A stretch of DNA of 31,327 bases from positions 52,398,675-52,430,001 of the forward strand of contig JANKJI020000002.1 in NCBI GenBank assembly GCA_024626585.2, read 5' to 3'. Position 1 is the stretch's first letter. Each line of letters starts with the position of its first letter. The notes under the pieces were generated by a model that saw only the letters and a program-made list of their open reading frames with translations, made no database searches and was not told the origin of the DNA. This DNA is from Ginkgo biloba. Taxonomy: Eukaryota; Plantae; Ginkgophyta. Of this stretch, positions 10,386 through 22,921 are shown one piece after another. The translations under genes and the position numbers were made by a program.

Positions 10386-12915
10386 AGAAGAAACACCTAT
10401 ACCATCGACAAATATAGGAGAAAATTTAGACTATTACCGTAAGGAGAAGAAGAACTAACATAGGTGATTTTATCGATGAAGCAATTCATAAAGAGTGTGC
10501 ATGTCATTAGAAATTTATATAAGTTAGTGGTCAAGAAGGTGGAGGAAGGATGGTCAAAGAAAGCACTGATATAAGTCAAAATATTATTGGAGGAGTATAA
10601 AGATATCATGCCAAAGGAGTTATAAGTGGGATTCTCTCCTAACAAAGGCATCATACACCAAATCAATCTAATTTTAGGATTTATTTGTCGAAGCAAGATA
10701 CTTATGGATTAAGTACCAAGAAGAATGAGAAAATAAACTAGAAGGTACAATAACTATTAAATAAGGGGTTTATTTAGGAGATCTTAAGTCCCTGTGTAGT
10801 ACCAATACTATTAGTATGAAATAAAGATGGAACATGGTATATGTGTATTGACTCAACAACCATCAACAAGATTACGATCAAGTTTAGATTCCCTATGCCA
10901 TGTATGGATGACATGATGGATTTATTGGAAAGTGAAATATATTTCTCAAATGTGTATCTAAGGAGTGGTTATTTCCAAATCAAGATAAGGGAAGGTGATG
11001 AGTGAAATACAACATTTACGATGAGGGATGGATTATATGAATGGAGGGTCATGCCATTCAAGTTATCTAATGTACCAAGCACATTCATGAAGGTAATGAA
11101 CACCATCCTAAGACCACTCATAGGAAAATATGTAATTATATATCTTGATGATGTTATAGTTTTTAGTTGATCTATTGGTAAGAATATGGATCACCTTCAA
11201 TAAGTTCTTGATATAATTAGGAAGGAGAACTTGTTCATGAATATGAAGAAGTGTAGTTTCTTTTAGTGAAATTTGGTGTGCTTAGGATTTCTTATCTCCC
11301 ATGAAGGATTGCGAATGGATCCAAATAAGGTGAGGACAATATTGGAGTGGTTAACACTAATAAATATGACCAAAGTAAGAATATTCTATGGGATGGCTAA
11401 TTTTTACCATAAATTCATAACAAAATTTAGTTTCGTTACAGTTCTAATGATAAATTGAATCAAGGGAAAGATATTTTAATGGATGATGATTGTGTAGTAA
11501 ATTTTTGAATTGTTGAAGAAGTGGGTGATAGAAGCACCTATCTTGGTGTTTCCAAAATTTGATAAGGTGTTTACAGTGGAATGTGATACATCAAGGAAAG
11601 GATTAAGATTATTTCTCATCCAAGAGAGTCAGCCAATAACATTTTTTAATGAGAAGATAAATGGAACTGGATGGAGATACTTATCCTATGACCTAGAATT
11701 CTATGGCATGGTACAAGCATTAAAGTATTGGAGACACTATTTATTGTCTAAGGAGTTTATATTGTACACTAACCATCAAGCCTTGAAATTTCTAAATTCT
11801 TAAGGTAAATCCAATGTTAGGCATGTGAAGTTAGTGGATTTTTTTAAAGTATATTCCTTTGTTTTGAATCTTAAGTTTAGAAAGACAATCAGGTGGTGAA
11901 TGCATTGAGTCAAAGGATATCAAAATAACCAATGGGTTCATGGGGTTTGAGTTGGTAAGGGACATGTATGACACTAAAAAAAAAATTTCCAAGTGATGTA
12001 GTATCTTAGAAATTCAATAGTTACTAATGGAGAACTCTATAGGGATTATTTCTTGCAAAATGGTTACTTGTTAAAGGGCCAAAAATTATGCATACCAAAC
12101 AACTCCATGAGGGAGAACACCATCCTCAAACTACAAAGTGGTGGTTTAGGAGGTTACTTTGTCAAAGAGAAGATGATGTCAATGGAAGAGGAGATTTATT
12201 TTTGTTGGGATTGAGAAAATAAGTAAACAAATTTATATAAAGGTGTAGGATTTTCTAGTTGTTAAAGGGGAAAGTATAGAACATAGGTTTGTACAAACTA
12301 TTGCCAATTATGGAAGGCTCTTAGATTAACATCACCATGGATTTTTTGTTGGGGTTGCCTTCCACTTAAAAAGGCAATGACTTTGTGTTTGTCATAGTTG
12401 ATCATTTTTTAAAGATGACTCACTTCATTCCATGCAAGAAGATAAATAATGCAAGTAGGATTGTCGACTTATTTTTCTAAGAAGTGATGTCATTACATGG
12501 ATTTCTAAAGAGCATCACCTCCAATAGAGATAGTAAATTCTCAAGTCATTTTGGGTGAATGTTGTGGAGGAAGTTAGACACTAAGTTATAGTATAAGAAC
12601 ACATATCATCCACAAACTGACAAACAAACGAAAGTGGTGAATCAATCATAAAAAAACCTGTTATGAAGCTTGGCAAGGATCAAACCCAAGTAGTGGGATA
12701 TGATGTTAGCATAGTCAAATATTGTGTATAACAATTTTGTGAATAGATCATCAAGTTTGTCAATATTTTAGATTATATATGGGAGGGCGCCAGAGACAAT
12801 GGTGGATTTAGTGGAACTTCCAAGCAATCGACAGGTCAACAATGGCGTCGAGGCATTGGTAGAGCAGATAAGGCAGTTCCATGAAGAAGTAAGACAACAA
12901 CTCGTAAAGATCAAC
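10386..12915 (+). pseudogene. pol: pol: reverse transcriptase (~10780-11300), RNase H (~11510-11910), integrase (~12100-12915), many stops/frameshifts
   Basis: [59 protein letters not shown] at 11141-11152. VECDTS..YDLEFYGMVQALKYWRHYL..YTNHQALK. ITMDFLLGLP (12331), FVIVDHF.KM.HFIPCKK, YHPQTD.QT.VVN. Confidence 0.92.
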
Positions 12916-13014
12916 NNNNNNNNNNNNNNNNNNNNNNNNNNNNNNNNNNNNNNNNNNNNNNNNNNNNNNNNNNNNNNNNNNNNNNNNNNNNNNNNNNNNN
13001 NNNNNNNNNNNNNN

Positions 13015-14090
13015 NGAGTAATATTATTCAATTTATATAATACACCTACAACATTTCAAGAGTTGATGAACTATATCTTTGAGCAATATATAGGATAGTT
13101 TATTCAAGTTTTCTTTGAAATTTTTGTTATTTATAAAAAATATAAATAATTTAAAATACATAAAAAAGAATATTTCAAAGGTTGGATTGGGCCAATACAT
13201 CATTGAATCCTTCCAAGTGTGCATTTGAATGTTCATGGGATGTCTTATTAGGCCATATAGTTTGAAAGAATGGAATTAAAATTGATCCTGAAAAGGTATC
13301 CTAAATACAGGCACTGTCATTTGTATCAAAAAGAAGTAAATTAAGATCTTTTTAAGTACATGTAAGATATTATAAAATATTCATAAAAAAAAATTCTAGA
13401 ATTTCTCTTTCATTAACGAAATACTTGAATAAGAATAATTGTTTTGAACTAGGAGAGAAGGGCAAACAAGCATTTGAACATCTAATGTAAGGATTGGTAA
13501 CATTGTCAATGTTTAGAAGCCCAGGTTAGAGTAAGCCTTTCATTGTACATACAAATGATTTTGATATAAAACTTGATAGAACATTCAATAAAAAAGATAA
13601 TGGACATGATCATCCAATCTACTTTGCAAACAAACAAAGTAGTGTAGATAAAAATTATACGGAACTAAAAGGGAGGCCCTCGCCACCATCTTTGTAGTTA
13701 AAAAAATAATCAATTATCTTTTTGGACAAAAAAAATTGCTTGTTATTAATCATCGAGCTTTAAAATATATTCTCAACAAACCAAATCCTACTAGAAGCAT
13801 TGTAAGATGGACAATCCTCTTGCAATAATATGAATTTGACACTATAAATAAGCCAAGCAAAAAGCATATTAATGCAAGTGCACTATCTCAAACCTAAGGG
13901 GGAGAAGGGTCATTTGGCGAAGAGACTAAATTCTTAGATGCATTATTATTTTTACTTGATGTTGTTGCATCTAAATATGTAAACAAACGGAATTAGTTAA
14001 ATGATTACAAGTTTCTATATGGTGATACAACAAAAATAAAAAGAAAGATAATGCAAGCAAGTCAACGTTACACTATAATATAGTGCACAC
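13015..14090 (+). pseudogene. Second, unrelated Ty3/gypsy RT-RNase H fragment (non-chromovirus, Athila/Tat-like)
   Basis: ILFNLYNTPTTFQELMNYIF (MPFGL.NAPATFQ box), GIKIDPEKV, KPFIVHTN, DHPIYFANK, NHRALKYILNKPNPTRSIVRWTILLQ.YEF. It follows an integrase, so it belongs to a different element. Confidence 0.75.
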
Positions 14091-14849
14091 TATACTAATA
14101 AGGAATAGATTGAAAAAATTGCACAATAATTGGGTGAGATAAATGGAAAGAGTNNNNNNNNNNNNNNNNNNNNNNNNNNNNNNNNNNNNNNNNNNNNNNN
14201 NNNNNNNNNNNNNNNNNNNNNNNNNNNNNNNNNNNNNNNNNNNNNNNNNNNNNNNNNNNNNNNNNNNNNNNNNNNNNNNNNNNNNNNNNNNNNNNNNNNN
14301 NNNNNNNNNNNNNNNNNNNNNNNNNNNNNNNNNNNNNNNNNNNNNNNNNNNNNNNNNNNNNNNNNNNNNNNNNNNNNNNNNNNNNNNNNNNNNNNNNNNN
14401 NNNNNNNNNNNNNNNNNNNNNNNNNNNNNNNNNNNNNNNNNNNNNNNNNNNNNNNNNNNNNNNNNNNNNNNNNNNNNNNNNNNNNNNNNNNNNNNNNNNN
14501 NNNNNNNNNNNNNNNNNNNNNNNNNNNNNNNNNNNNNNNNNNNNNNNNNNNNNNNNNNNNNNNNNNNNNNNNNNNNNNNNNNNNNNNNNNNNNNNNNNNN
14601 NNNNNNNNNNNNNNNNNNNNNNNNNNNNNNNNNNNNNNNNNNNNNNNNNNNNNNNNNNNNNAAAAATGGACACCATGATGTGTGAGGTTTTGCAATAAAA
14701 CACACAAACAACTATATTCTGTTGAAGCAAATGATGAAGCTCATTGATATTCCACCAAATGAATAATAACAAATAGTAGGTGATGATGTCCTTGAGGATG
14801 TATTGATCATCACAAGACAATTAGAAATATCACGTTTAGTAATGACATA

Positions 14850-15240
14850 ATTCTAATGACTAGAAACACTTAATAGTTGGGGTTTTATGTGAAAAACCAA
14901 GCTACAAGTGTTGATAGACTTTGGAAGCACGCATAATTTCATAGATAGAAATAAGGCAAAACATATTGAACTGCATGTTGAACTAAGATTTGCGTGTAAT
15001 GTACCAAATTTGGGACATCATACACTCACAAAAGATATTGAGCTCTCAATAGATAACTATACTCTTACNNNNNNNNNNNNNNNNNNNNNNNNNNNNNNNN
15101 NNNNNNATTGTAGTAGGAGTGCATTAGTTCGAAATGTTAGGCACCTATGGTGCAAACCACAAAAAACATTTCCTCAAATTTAACTTAGGTGGTGCAGAAT
15201 ACTAAGTGCAAGGTATTACTGCACTCCCTACTTTGTTTTT
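14850..15240 (+). pseudogene. Gypsy (chromovirus-type) aspartic protease fragment
   Basis: VLIDFGSTHNFID matches the LIDSGSTHNFI protease motif, followed by IELSIDNYTL. Confidence 0.65.
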
Positions 15241-15498
15241 GCAATAGAAGAAAATAGACTACACTTAAGGAAATGACATCGAATCCAGAGCAAGATTCTA
15301 TTCCTTGAAAATCCCATAGTAATAAACAACACTAAAAGACTAACACCTCGATATAATGAACTTAACACACAAAACAACATGCTNNNNNNNNNNNNNNNNN
15401 NNNNNNNNNNNNNNNNNNNNNNNNNNNNNNNNNNNNNNNNNNNNNNNNNNNNNNNNNNNNNNNNNNNNNNNNNNNNNNNNNNNNNNNNNNNNNNNNNC

Positions 15499-15501
<3 letters not shown>

Positions 15502-15537
<36 letters not shown>
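15502..15537. repeat. (TC)n microsatellite
   Basis: About 18 TC units. It produces the spurious RERERE/LSLSLS ORFs. Confidence 0.95.
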
Positions 15538-15541
<4 letters not shown>

Positions 15542-18500
15542 TATCCAAGAACTCTTAGGACTTGTAGTATAAGCTCCCCCAAAAGATGGATCTTTCAGGC
15601 TTTGATGAACTAGATGGTGCAAAATTCCATTGAAAAATGCACCTCAATTCTAAATAATGGCAATAGTAAAGATAAGCCATTGCCTTTGCAAAGAATGTGT
15701 CAAGATAGATTGTTGTCTAATTACTTGAATGACTAATGTATGATTGAAATTAGAAGAAAATTGTGAATGAACTCTGCTTTGAAACTCAAATAACAACCGA
15801 ATGTAATGAACCTACGCAAAGCCTTCTAAATCCTCACAGACAATCTTACATGAAATTTGATGGCTCAAATCCATGCTTTGATCTTGACGCATGTGAAGAG
15901 AGGATAGCATATTGTGTACATTCAAAAATATANNNNNNNNNNNNNNNNNNNNNNNNNNNNNNNNNNNNNNNNNNNNNGGTAATTCAAGTTTACAAAAGTA
16001 ACCATATTAGCGTTCAAAGAGTGTCTTATGTTTGTATCATCACCTAGGTAACTAAGGCCTTGTTTTAAGGGCATTCAAATCTCATACGTAATACCATGCA
16101 TTTGACACTTTTGTGTAGCATTTACTCAACTATTGACAAGAACTGCTTAGTGAACTCTATTAAGCATTTGATATCTTATGTGCATGACATCTTATTTTTG
16201 CATGGTGAACTATCTTATGGGCCTAGTGTGACTATCATCGTATTTTGGTAATATATTATGGATCTTAATGAAACTCTCAAGATTCATTGCACCCAAAATT
16301 TGTTGAGATTTNNNNNNNNNNNNNNNNNNNNNNNNNNNNNNNNNNNNNNNNNNNNNNNNNNNNNNNNNNNNNNNNNNNNNNNTGTGCACATCTCTTAAAT
16401 GCATGTTGTTCTTGATGTAGCCATTATTAATGAATATCACTTAGTTGTCATCATTTCATATGTATCTTGAATGCACATAATTGATCTAATCATTGAAGAT
16501 GACTAATAATTTGTTGACATGCCAAAGTTAATGTAGATGTTGCTAATGGCCTAAAATGCAATATTTGAAATTCACTACATGAATGATCCAATGGTCGACC
16601 TTTTTCCCTTGAAAGGACATTGTGATGATATATGAAATCCACTTGTGTGATCTAGATATTGTTTTTGTTATGCTTTTAAATTTGTGCGATGAAAAACAAA
16701 ATCCACCTATTAAGTGATCTAGTGATCAATTCACTTGTCCAATTTGGTAAATGAATGGCTAGTATGGAATGTACCTAATTTATGATCAAATGGTCATTTG
16801 CTTGTGTGATTTAGTAAATAAATGAAATCTACTTGCGTAATTTAGTGGCCAACCATCTAATTAGTGGATGGTAAAGTGGCATATATATTACCAATTGAAA
16901 CAACATGGCCTTATGTCAACACTAATGCATTTGCATTGATGCACTTAAAGAAGGTGATTGCTGATAGTAATTCACAGTGAAAAAGGACAAAATGTATACT
17001 ACAATGATTCCAATGTTGCTAAAAAAAGAATGAAAAGAACTTATTACATTTGGAACCAAATTATATTTCATCAACTCTATAAGCCTAGGATTGAGTATTG
17101 ACTCTCCTTGAGTATTCTCTCTAATCACCACCTCTATGTTGTGCTATGTTTTGATAAGGTTTTGGTTACCCTAAGCCGAGAAAACATTGGGTGATTCAAT
17201 ATTGGTTGTGTGCTTACCCCTAGATAATGAATCCCCTTAGCCNNNNNNNNNNNNNNNNNNNNNNNNNNNNNNNNNNNNNNNNNNNNNNNNNNNNNNNNNN
17301 NNNNNNNNNNNNNNNNNNNNNNNNNNNNNNNNNNNNNNNNNNNNNNNNNNNNNNNNNNNNNNNNNNNNNNNNNNNNNNNNNNNNNNNNNNNNNNNNNNNN
17401 NNNNNNNNNNNNNNNNNNNNNNNNNNNNNNNNNNNNNNNNNNNNNNNNNNNNNNNNNNNNNNNNNNNNNNNNNNNNNNNNNNNNNNNNNNNNNNNNNNNN
17501 NNNNNNNNNNNNNNNNNNNNNNNNNNNNNNNNNNNNNNNNNNNNNNNNNNNNNNNNNNNNNNNNNNNNNNNNNNNNNNNNNNNNNNNNNNNNNNNNNNNN
17601 NNNNNNNNNNNNNNNNNNNNNNNNNNNNNNNNNNNNNNNNNNNNNNNNNNNNNNNNNNNNNNNNNNNNNNNNNNNNNNNNNNNNNNNNNNNNNNNNNNNN
17701 NNNNNNNNNNNNNNNNNNNNNNNNNNNNNNNNNNNNNNNNNNNNNNNNNNNNNNNNNNNNNNNNNNNNNNNNNNNNNNNNNNNNNNNNNNNNNNNNNNNN
17801 NNNNNNNNNNNNNNNNNNNNNNNNNNNNNNNNNNNNNNNNNNNNNNNNNNNNNNNNNNAATTACCAATTGTATGGCATTGCTTTTCCAACTTTGGCTCAG
17901 GTGTGGTGTGAAAAAGGTATCTAGGAGGTCCAAGATTTGTTGCATTGATGTGTTGAAGCTTGGGATGTTTGATGGGACTTTCAAGAACTCAATGATCTTC
18001 CCAACTCACAAGTTGATCATTTCTCTAAATTGATCAATGCCCTATCTCGATACCCAAGGGGCAAAGCATATTTGATGAACAATGGACCTTGCTACGCCAA
18101 CTACCATTGGAAGCTTGACACTCCCTTTCTTTTTCCTATTAAAAAGTAATTTACATTCTTGAAGCCTTATTTAGATTTAATTGAAAGATGCAATCCTATT
18201 TGTAAGTCCATCAATCCACTGCAAGCATGACAGCCAAGATATAGGCTTCTCTGATTGATGAAAGTAGAGGAAAAGAAAAACGTTTTTACTTTGCTATTAA
18301 TTCATAATGGTATTTCAATGGATTCCCACTTGACTAAAATTGGGATGCAATTTGTCTTTGTTTTTTGTTCTAAACCTAAATCGTCCCTGCACTTGTTTTG
18401 AATTACAATCACATTCGTTGTGGAATTTTATAGAAGAAATTATTTGATCACACTTGTTTCTCCCTCTTTCTTGGCAAGTGGTTATGTTTGGGGATGATCT

Positions 18501-20837
18501 TCATACCTAGATGATGGTTTTCAATCTTCTAGACACATGCTCCATATCGAGTTACTCTTGATTATTTCAAAAACTAGAAATGATGTTGCTTTGAATTATG
18601 CACGGATTTCTCATCTTCCTCTTCTCATTGCTTGTTCTTCCTGACAACTTTATGGATGCTCAAATGAATGCTCAAATGGAAGCGCATGCCTTGGAGGTGG
18701 ATCTGATATGAATTTGATCTAGCAGATCCAAGATTTGTTTGTTGCCCGGTGTTCTTCACCTTAGGTAGCTAAACAAAATTTTCACCCTATGACACAGTTC
18801 TTGATGCAGGGGGGAACAACCAGCTTTAAAACCAAGTTACTCACCGTTTGCATCCGCATTTCCATTGTGTGCATCACCATCATCACATCAATCATTCTAG
18901 AAACTTGGCAAGAAACATGGACAGAGGCAAGAAGTTAGCATTGGAGGAGATGGCTTAATCTAGGCCAGGACAGATTCCTCAACTTGAACTCAATAGAACC
19001 TTTATTGGGTTGGATGAGGAGTGAGGAGTGTTTGAGAAAATGGCCATTTTCAATACTTTCTTTGTTGTCAGTTATGTTTTACTTTTGTAAAATTTGCCTC
19101 CGTCGATCATCGAATTTAGTGAGATGGACACCAACCTCGTTGATTCTTAGAAAAAATGACATGGTCAACTTTGGTGAAAACCGACGTGGTCGGCTTTGGT
19201 GAAAATCGATNNNNNNNNNNNNNNNNNNNNNNNNNNNNNNNNNNNNNNNNNNNNNNNNNNNNNNNNNNNNNNNNNNNNNNNNNNNNNNNNNNNNNNNNNN
19301 NNNNNNNNNNAGTAACTCCCTAGATTATGCTCCCATTTTGGAATTTATTGGCCTTTATTCCATTTTTGTAACCCCCTCTTGGTGAATCACTAAGTAATTG
19401 CTAATAATCATATTTTGTATAATTTACAACTTATACCAATAATTTTGGATTAATTTTTTATATCTTGATGTGTTCTAGAGATATGGATCGTTCAACAACA
19501 ATTTGGAAGAGAGTGAGCAAAAGACTTGATTCTCTAGATACACACAAAAAGGATCTTAGAAGTCTGAAAGGAGATATTTAGCTTTTGGATGTTGACAAAA
19601 GGATGCAAAGGATTATTGGATTTGAGGCAATTTTTATTGAAATAAAATCTTGGGTTCAATTTGTCCTTGATTGAAAATTGTAGGTCGATGTGCTTTTTCT
19701 TGGCCACACTACACATTTTCCTATCAATATCATGCCTTTCCTTGTCCATGACATGGTTTTGTTGAATGATGATGTCATGCTTTTTTAATGACACTATACT
19801 TTTTCTATCTACGATGAAAGTTTAAAAAGATTGAGTTTTAGATATTTTGTTAGTAATGCAATTATAAGTATAATGAATAGAGCTATGACACAAATGTGAT
19901 AGTGAATGTGAATCTTTTGAATTATCTAAGAATGGAAGAGAACTTGATAGTTGATAGATTTGATAAGCTTTAAGTAAAAGTTGTGAAGAACATAAAGATA
20001 CAAAAGATTTGAGAATTCTTGAATTCAATTTTATGATTATGAATTATGAGAAAGAAAACCCTAATACATGGTTTTAAAGAGAATCGTAATCTAATAAAAT
20101 CAAATTAGGAAATACTAATCTAAAATGAGAAACGATCTATGATTAGTTGGTGTGCACAAAATAACTAATAGAAAATTAAATAATAAGAATTAATTCATAT
20201 TCTAATGATTATTTACTCACATAATTAATATTTTCTAACTAAGTGCATTCAAGGCCTTAGTCATATAAATTTACGATGAAATGAGTAAATATATAAATAT
20301 TGATGTGAAGAACAAGAGAATGTACAAGGGTGGATGTATGAATGAACCACATTCTGAAACAGTTAGTGAACATGGATTTCCCAGAACACATAACACGTTT
20401 GATGGATGATGACCTGGTGAACACTGGACAAGGATGATGGCTGTAAAGCTAGGTCATTCATTGTTAGTTAGCAACCAAAAGAGTACTCTCTGCATATTTA
20501 CTGTGAGCTTATATAAACACAAATCAGACAAACTTTAATGATCTGAAGATGACTAGGGGATCCTAACAACAATGCTTAGAGAATGCAACAGAAAAATATG
20601 ACATGGAGAAGATACAAAGATAATAGTAAAGGCAAACGAACTCACATATCAAAGCTGGAAAACACAACAGGAATATATGAGGTCTGTGCCAACGTAGTCA
20701 TGGAAACTAAATGAGATACTGTGATTACTAGAAAGATAATCACTGCAAGCAAAGACAAGCATGTCATTTGTATGATGCAAAACATAGGTCTTACAGTCCT
20801 TTTGGATAAGGAATTATTCCCAAGTATACTTTTATAA

Positions 20838-21309
20838 AATAGTCTTGGGGTTCGGTGGTTTTAAGGGGTTCTGTTTAAAGGATGTTACTGGAAACTTCCC
20901 AAAAATGTTTCCAGGCCATTCCCCATTTCCAACCATTTCCCAAAAAACATGTCTGTTTCTGAGAGAGATGTGAAATTTTCATAAAATGATCCTTTAATAG
21001 CTATTTTCGGCAGATGTGCCTGCTTGTTTCCCATCCCACTTCGCGTGCGCACTACTAAAACTAAAACGGAAAACTCTAAAACTAAAGAGAGGTCCCTAAG
21101 TAAAAAACAACAATGAATAAACTCAAAACTCTGAATGTCTTCTAAATTCTGTGTTTCATTGTGTTCATATGCCTAATTTTAGATTCGCACATAAGTTTTT
21201 ATGAAACTCTAATTTTCCCCTTCTACTGTTCTCAAACATTTTGAAAATTATCCTCTTTGAAACCGTTTCCCCTTCAGAACCATTCCCAATTCCTACTCAT
21301 GTAACTAGG
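20838..21309. mobile_element. Candidate non-autonomous hAT-type element (MITE, 472 bp)
   Basis: Flanked by a near-perfect 8-bp direct repeat TTTTATAA (20830-20837) / GTTTATAA (21310-21317). Short degenerate TIR (AATAGT...ACTAGG). Repeated subterminal (A/G)TTTCC/ATTCCC motifs near both ends. Confidence 0.5.
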
Positions 21310-22880
21310 GTTTATAACTCCCCAAACATAAGTAGCATTCTATTGAAGCTTTACAGTTCCAAAAGATTCAAAGCTTCCCCAGACCCACAGAGGTGACAAT
21401 GAGACAAAATTTGTGTCCAAGTTTTTTAAGACAGAATGAACCGGCTTCATCTAATGACAACATTTTTCAAATAAAAGGTTTCCCTATGAATGCGTTCAAA
21501 ACACTTTCTTATAACTTTTCATGATTTTAATTTCTATCACATACACAACATACCTATAGTACAAGTCAAAGTTTCATCATGTTTAAATATAGCTGGCAAC
21601 ATCCACTGCCATGCACATCAGACAAATACAAGATAACACCGTCTATCTATAGATTAACGCATTGTTGAAGAGAGGACTCCGCAATTACAAGGGGAAGAAA
21701 GAATAAACAGCCACAGCCTTTATATCACGAGGACAGACCTTATTCAGTTTCATTTGTAAATGCCATAGGTTGCCACTTGCATCATACCTACAAGCTGATC
21801 ACATTTCAGTGGCAATGCATCTTGTTACCATGCAACACACAAAGAAAATCATATCACTGATGTTAAACTGGATAACTGAATAAAATGAAGCGATATTTAC
21901 AATACAGCATTCATCTCTCAGTATACAAAACATTTTGGAATAGATATCAACCACCATGTTCAGACCCAAAAAGGCCAATCATTAGCAGCATGTCAGGCCA
22001 CGGACCATGTTGTGCCTCTCATCGCCATGTCACACGGAGCATTTCAGCATACTGAATACAAAAATGACTATATTAGAAGACCTAGTAAAGATAATAAGAA
22101 CACCATAATCCCCACAACAAAATAGGAAAATTTCAAGTGGCTATATCTTCTGGCTGAGATGAGCACTTTTACCTTTCAAAGAGTTGATGAATATGAATCT
22201 TCAAAGCACCAATAAAGTGTTCTTGTACATGAAATCCTCAAATCATTTGCGAGTTGATGAACAAATGCAATTTTGGCTTAACCGCGAACAAGATAAGCAT
22301 ACCCTTCTCATCACATCATAAAAATTAAACTACTTTACATTTATAGTATTTGAAATTGAAAATGATGGAACAAAAAATAGTGATGTTGTACTATTAGTAA
22401 CCTCATCTCTGGCTACCATAGTTGGACAAGGGAGAAAAAGCCACTAAGTTCAGTGCCAATGAGGCAACGGTTAGCATTGAATCGGACCATTTCAGGTCAA
22501 ATATAAATGGAGATGTAGCATTGGAAAATGATATTGGCAGAGAGAGAGAGATCTCAGTTCTTCTGATGTACAGAAGATAGACAATGATTCTGTCATTTTG
22601 ACGAGTCTAGCCACATGCATTTAATTTCCTGCATGGCACCCAACTAGTAATTGAAATGCTGAGGAGACATGATTGTAAGAATGTCAGAAACACAAGCAAG
22701 TGTTCTTATCTGAAAGCTTTCACAAGGGCACCTTATTGATTGGAAGTTTGACTAGAGGTGAAGAGTACAAATGCCTTCAGAAGTCCATGATTTTCAGCAC
22801 AAAAAGCCAAGGGCAAGTTATTTCCATAACCAGCTCCTCGTGAAACTATGGGAATGAAAACGATACATCTTCTTTATTGT

Positions 22881-22921
22881 CTACCAGTCGTGAAGCCATT
22901 CTTGGGTATTAAAATCTTCAC
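22881..22921 (-). CDS. Extreme C-terminus and stop codon of the PP2C/cNMP-binding/kinase protein (…EDFNTQEWLHDW*)
   Basis: Minus strand reads GAA GAT TTT AAT ACC CAA GAA TGG CTT CAC GAC TGG TAG (stop at 22883-22881), matching the family's terminal W-L-x-x-W. The 5' limit is uncertain, and there is an in-frame TGA at 22949-22947. Confidence 0.75.

Larger units (their letters stand above)
6629..12915 (+). mobile_element. Degenerate Ty3/gypsy chromovirus, CRM (centromeric retrotransposon)-like; 3' end not visible
   Basis: LTR with TGATG...CATCA termini, tRNA-iMet PBS, then gag, zinc knuckle, PR, RT, RH, INT in gypsy order. The protease context IFNTRC..GKGCKIII(D>N)GGSCNNMVS is typical of CRM. 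Confidence 0.88.

Noticed and set aside
14073-14820. Long ORFs in the track (also 17134-18033 and 26325-27476)
   Set aside because: They consist almost entirely of N-gap X residues and are artefacts.
15228-15622. RERERE / LSLSLS ORFs
   Set aside because: Translations of a (TC)n microsatellite plus a gap.
16900-17242. LTR-like sequence (TATA-like ctataag, U5-like tract) as the 3' LTR of the CRM element
   Set aside because: No visible similarity to 6629-7506, and no termini or TSD definable before the gap.
19534-20028. Minus-strand ORFs of 86 and 68 aa
   Set aside because: No recognisable domain or splice structure, AT-rich repeat-like context, and lengths expected by chance.
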